From positions 1-64,000 of the forward strand of contig KE561167.1 of NCBI GenBank assembly GCA_000442015.1: DNA of 64,000 nt, given 5' to 3'. The notes under the pieces are model-generated. The model ran no database searches, was not told the DNA's origin, and saw only the letters and a program-made list of their open reading frames with translations. The translations under genes and the position numbers were made by a program. The DNA comes from Rozella allomycis CSF55. Taxonomy: Eukaryota. Numbering within the stretch: the first letter of the stretch is position 1; every line of letters starts with the position of its first letter. Below, piece by piece: positions 62,035-64,000 of this stretch.

Positions 62035-64000
62035 ATGATTGATTTATTCTAACGCTTCGAGCAATCTTTTTGTGTCAACTGTTGCATTATCTATTTTCAA
62101 CAATCTTATGACTAATTGTCTTTCATGTAGAGTTAATGATGGCAAAAGCTTAGAAAATTGTTCTTCGAATTGCTCTAATGGAACTAAATCCGGTTTTATC
62201 GTTTTCTTTAATTCCGGTGATTTGATTTTAGCCTAGTATTGAGATATTAGGTTTATTACTAGTATTTCATTTAAGTTTGATTGAGTAAATTCTTTATGAT
62301 TTTGCTGCATATAGTTCAATGCGTATTCGTCCGCTTTTTCCAAAACAAAATGATGACCAAAGCAATTAATTTCCGCGCCTTTATAAAATAGAGACTAATT
62401 ATATTACCTAGATAGAAATCTTTGCAAGTGTATGCATCGCCATTTTCTTTTTTGAGTTTTGTTCTCTCGAGGAATTTCCCACCCAAAATTCCAGTGTTTC
62501 TTTGGTGTGGCTCAAAAACTTGAACTGATTCATCAGCAACATAAAAGCAAATCACAAATCTCCTATCTTTATCTACCATGCGCTTCGATTTCAATTTCGC
62601 CTCAAAGCGAAGTACTATTCTATCATAGGCCATCAGTCTCTTAAAGTCTTTATGAGGAGGTTTGGGAATTAATGAAATGCAACTACCTAACGAATCGTCT
62701 TCCAATCCAAATCCATTATACGGCGGATATGTCCTTTGAGTCATGGCTTGTAAAAGTTCGGCATTGTCATCGTCTTCAAAGGTTATTGGATCATTAAGTG
62801 TCACACAATATTGTTCTAGATAGTAATTTCTAGTAAACGCATCACAATCGCACAGGATAAATGGTCTTCCGTACACGCTTATAATTGCCCCGATTCCCAA
62901 GTCTCTGTCAGTGTAGTAATCGTTTGGATCCTTTGATGATGCATCAGGAGAATATAATTCAGGGTTTTTAGGCAGTTTCCCGCGCCTCAGAAAGGTGTTA
63001 TTTCTTTTGTCTCTACCGGAGTTTTGTTCCACATCTTCAAATATCTCAAACGTATCATCTGCAAGAAAATAATTAATCAACATTTTTCTTGTCTCTCCAA
63101 ACTTGGATAAAGTATCATCCCATAAACAATAAAACCTTAAAACATGCCGATCATGCTCTAGAAACTTTTTTAGTCCAAAGTTGGTCTCTCTTGAATGAAC
63201 CGCCTTCATTCTAGAAGTAAGCTCGTGTCTTAACTCTTGGTAGGAATCACGTGGATAATGGCAATTTTCAGGAACATCAATTTTACATTTTCTTAAAAAG
63301 TCCTAATCAATTAATAGTAATGACCAAATTTACCCTAGTAAAGGCGTCACACCCAATAATTTTGAAGGTTTTTCCATAGAACACTACCGTTTTGTTGACA
63401 TTCAAATCACCCAGAGTATAGTGTTGAGAGTTGGATTGACCAGGAATTGGAATTCTATGTCGGGCGATTAAGGCACCTTGAGGTATGCCACTGTTAAGTT
63501 CTCGAGGTTCACTGACATATATAGAATCATCTTCGAGGTAAAATAAAATTTGGCATCTAATTATATATGGTCTTCTTGATTTTACTTTCGAATGCGAAAT
63601 TGTTCATCTCGACGCTCGTTAACAGACTCTTGAAAGTACGCATAGAATCTTAAAACCTTATTTAAGTAAAAAATAATCTTTACTTGGCGGTCAAAGAGTA
63701 TCCAAGATGGTTGGGCTTTTGCGTTTACGTCAGCGACATTTTTGTATATTAAATGTGAAGTCCGTGGCTCGATGTTTACTTGATTTGGTATTGACACAGC
63801 CCCTTTTAATAGTAAATCATTTGCTATTACCGATTCCTGGCTTCCCTTGATGACAAAAGGCAACACCGCCTTTGTAATCAAATACATGAGACTTTCTGAA
63901 CTGGTCAGGTTTCTCCTAAAGTAATATTATATCTTTTACTTTATCATAATCAAATGTTAAACCTGGAAGAAAAGGAAGGTTGCTGCCCGGCATTGATAAA
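62035..64000 (-). CDS. EFHC1/Rib72-family axonemal DM10 protein; start probably beyond the window edge
   Basis: Three DM10 blocks: VLRFYAYFQE, HVLRFYCLWDD...YFLADDT, VLRFEAKL...RNTGILGGKFLER. Confidence 0.88.

Overview
AT-rich, gene-dense eukaryotic DNA with about 40 protein genes, many split by tiny (~25-35 nt) GT-AG introns, plus one tRNA-Leu(CAA). Flagellar/centriolar genes (EFHC/Rib72-like, CEP164-like) together with chitin-related enzymes point to a zoosporic early-diverging fungus, plausibly Rozella/Cryptomycota (inference). Spliced genes were rebuilt by eye, so boundaries are approximate. Main observations: (1) an intronless divergent H4/H3 pair built like an animal replication-dependent histone locus, with a 6-bp-stem/4-nt-loop hairpin after each stop codon and a shared promoter carrying E2F-type and CCAAT motifs; (2) a CRP/cNMP-like sensor domain fused to an LdhA-type D-lactate dehydrogenase; (3) the minor-spliceosome protein U11/U12-65K (RNPC3); (4) two near-identical inverted fasciclin genes bracketing an ~11 kb block that includes a bacterial-type AAA-ATPase/PD-(D/E)XK nuclease; (5) a head-to-head gamma-COP duplication with one remodelled copy; (6) a cluster of orphan secreted proteins around a GH18 chitinase.
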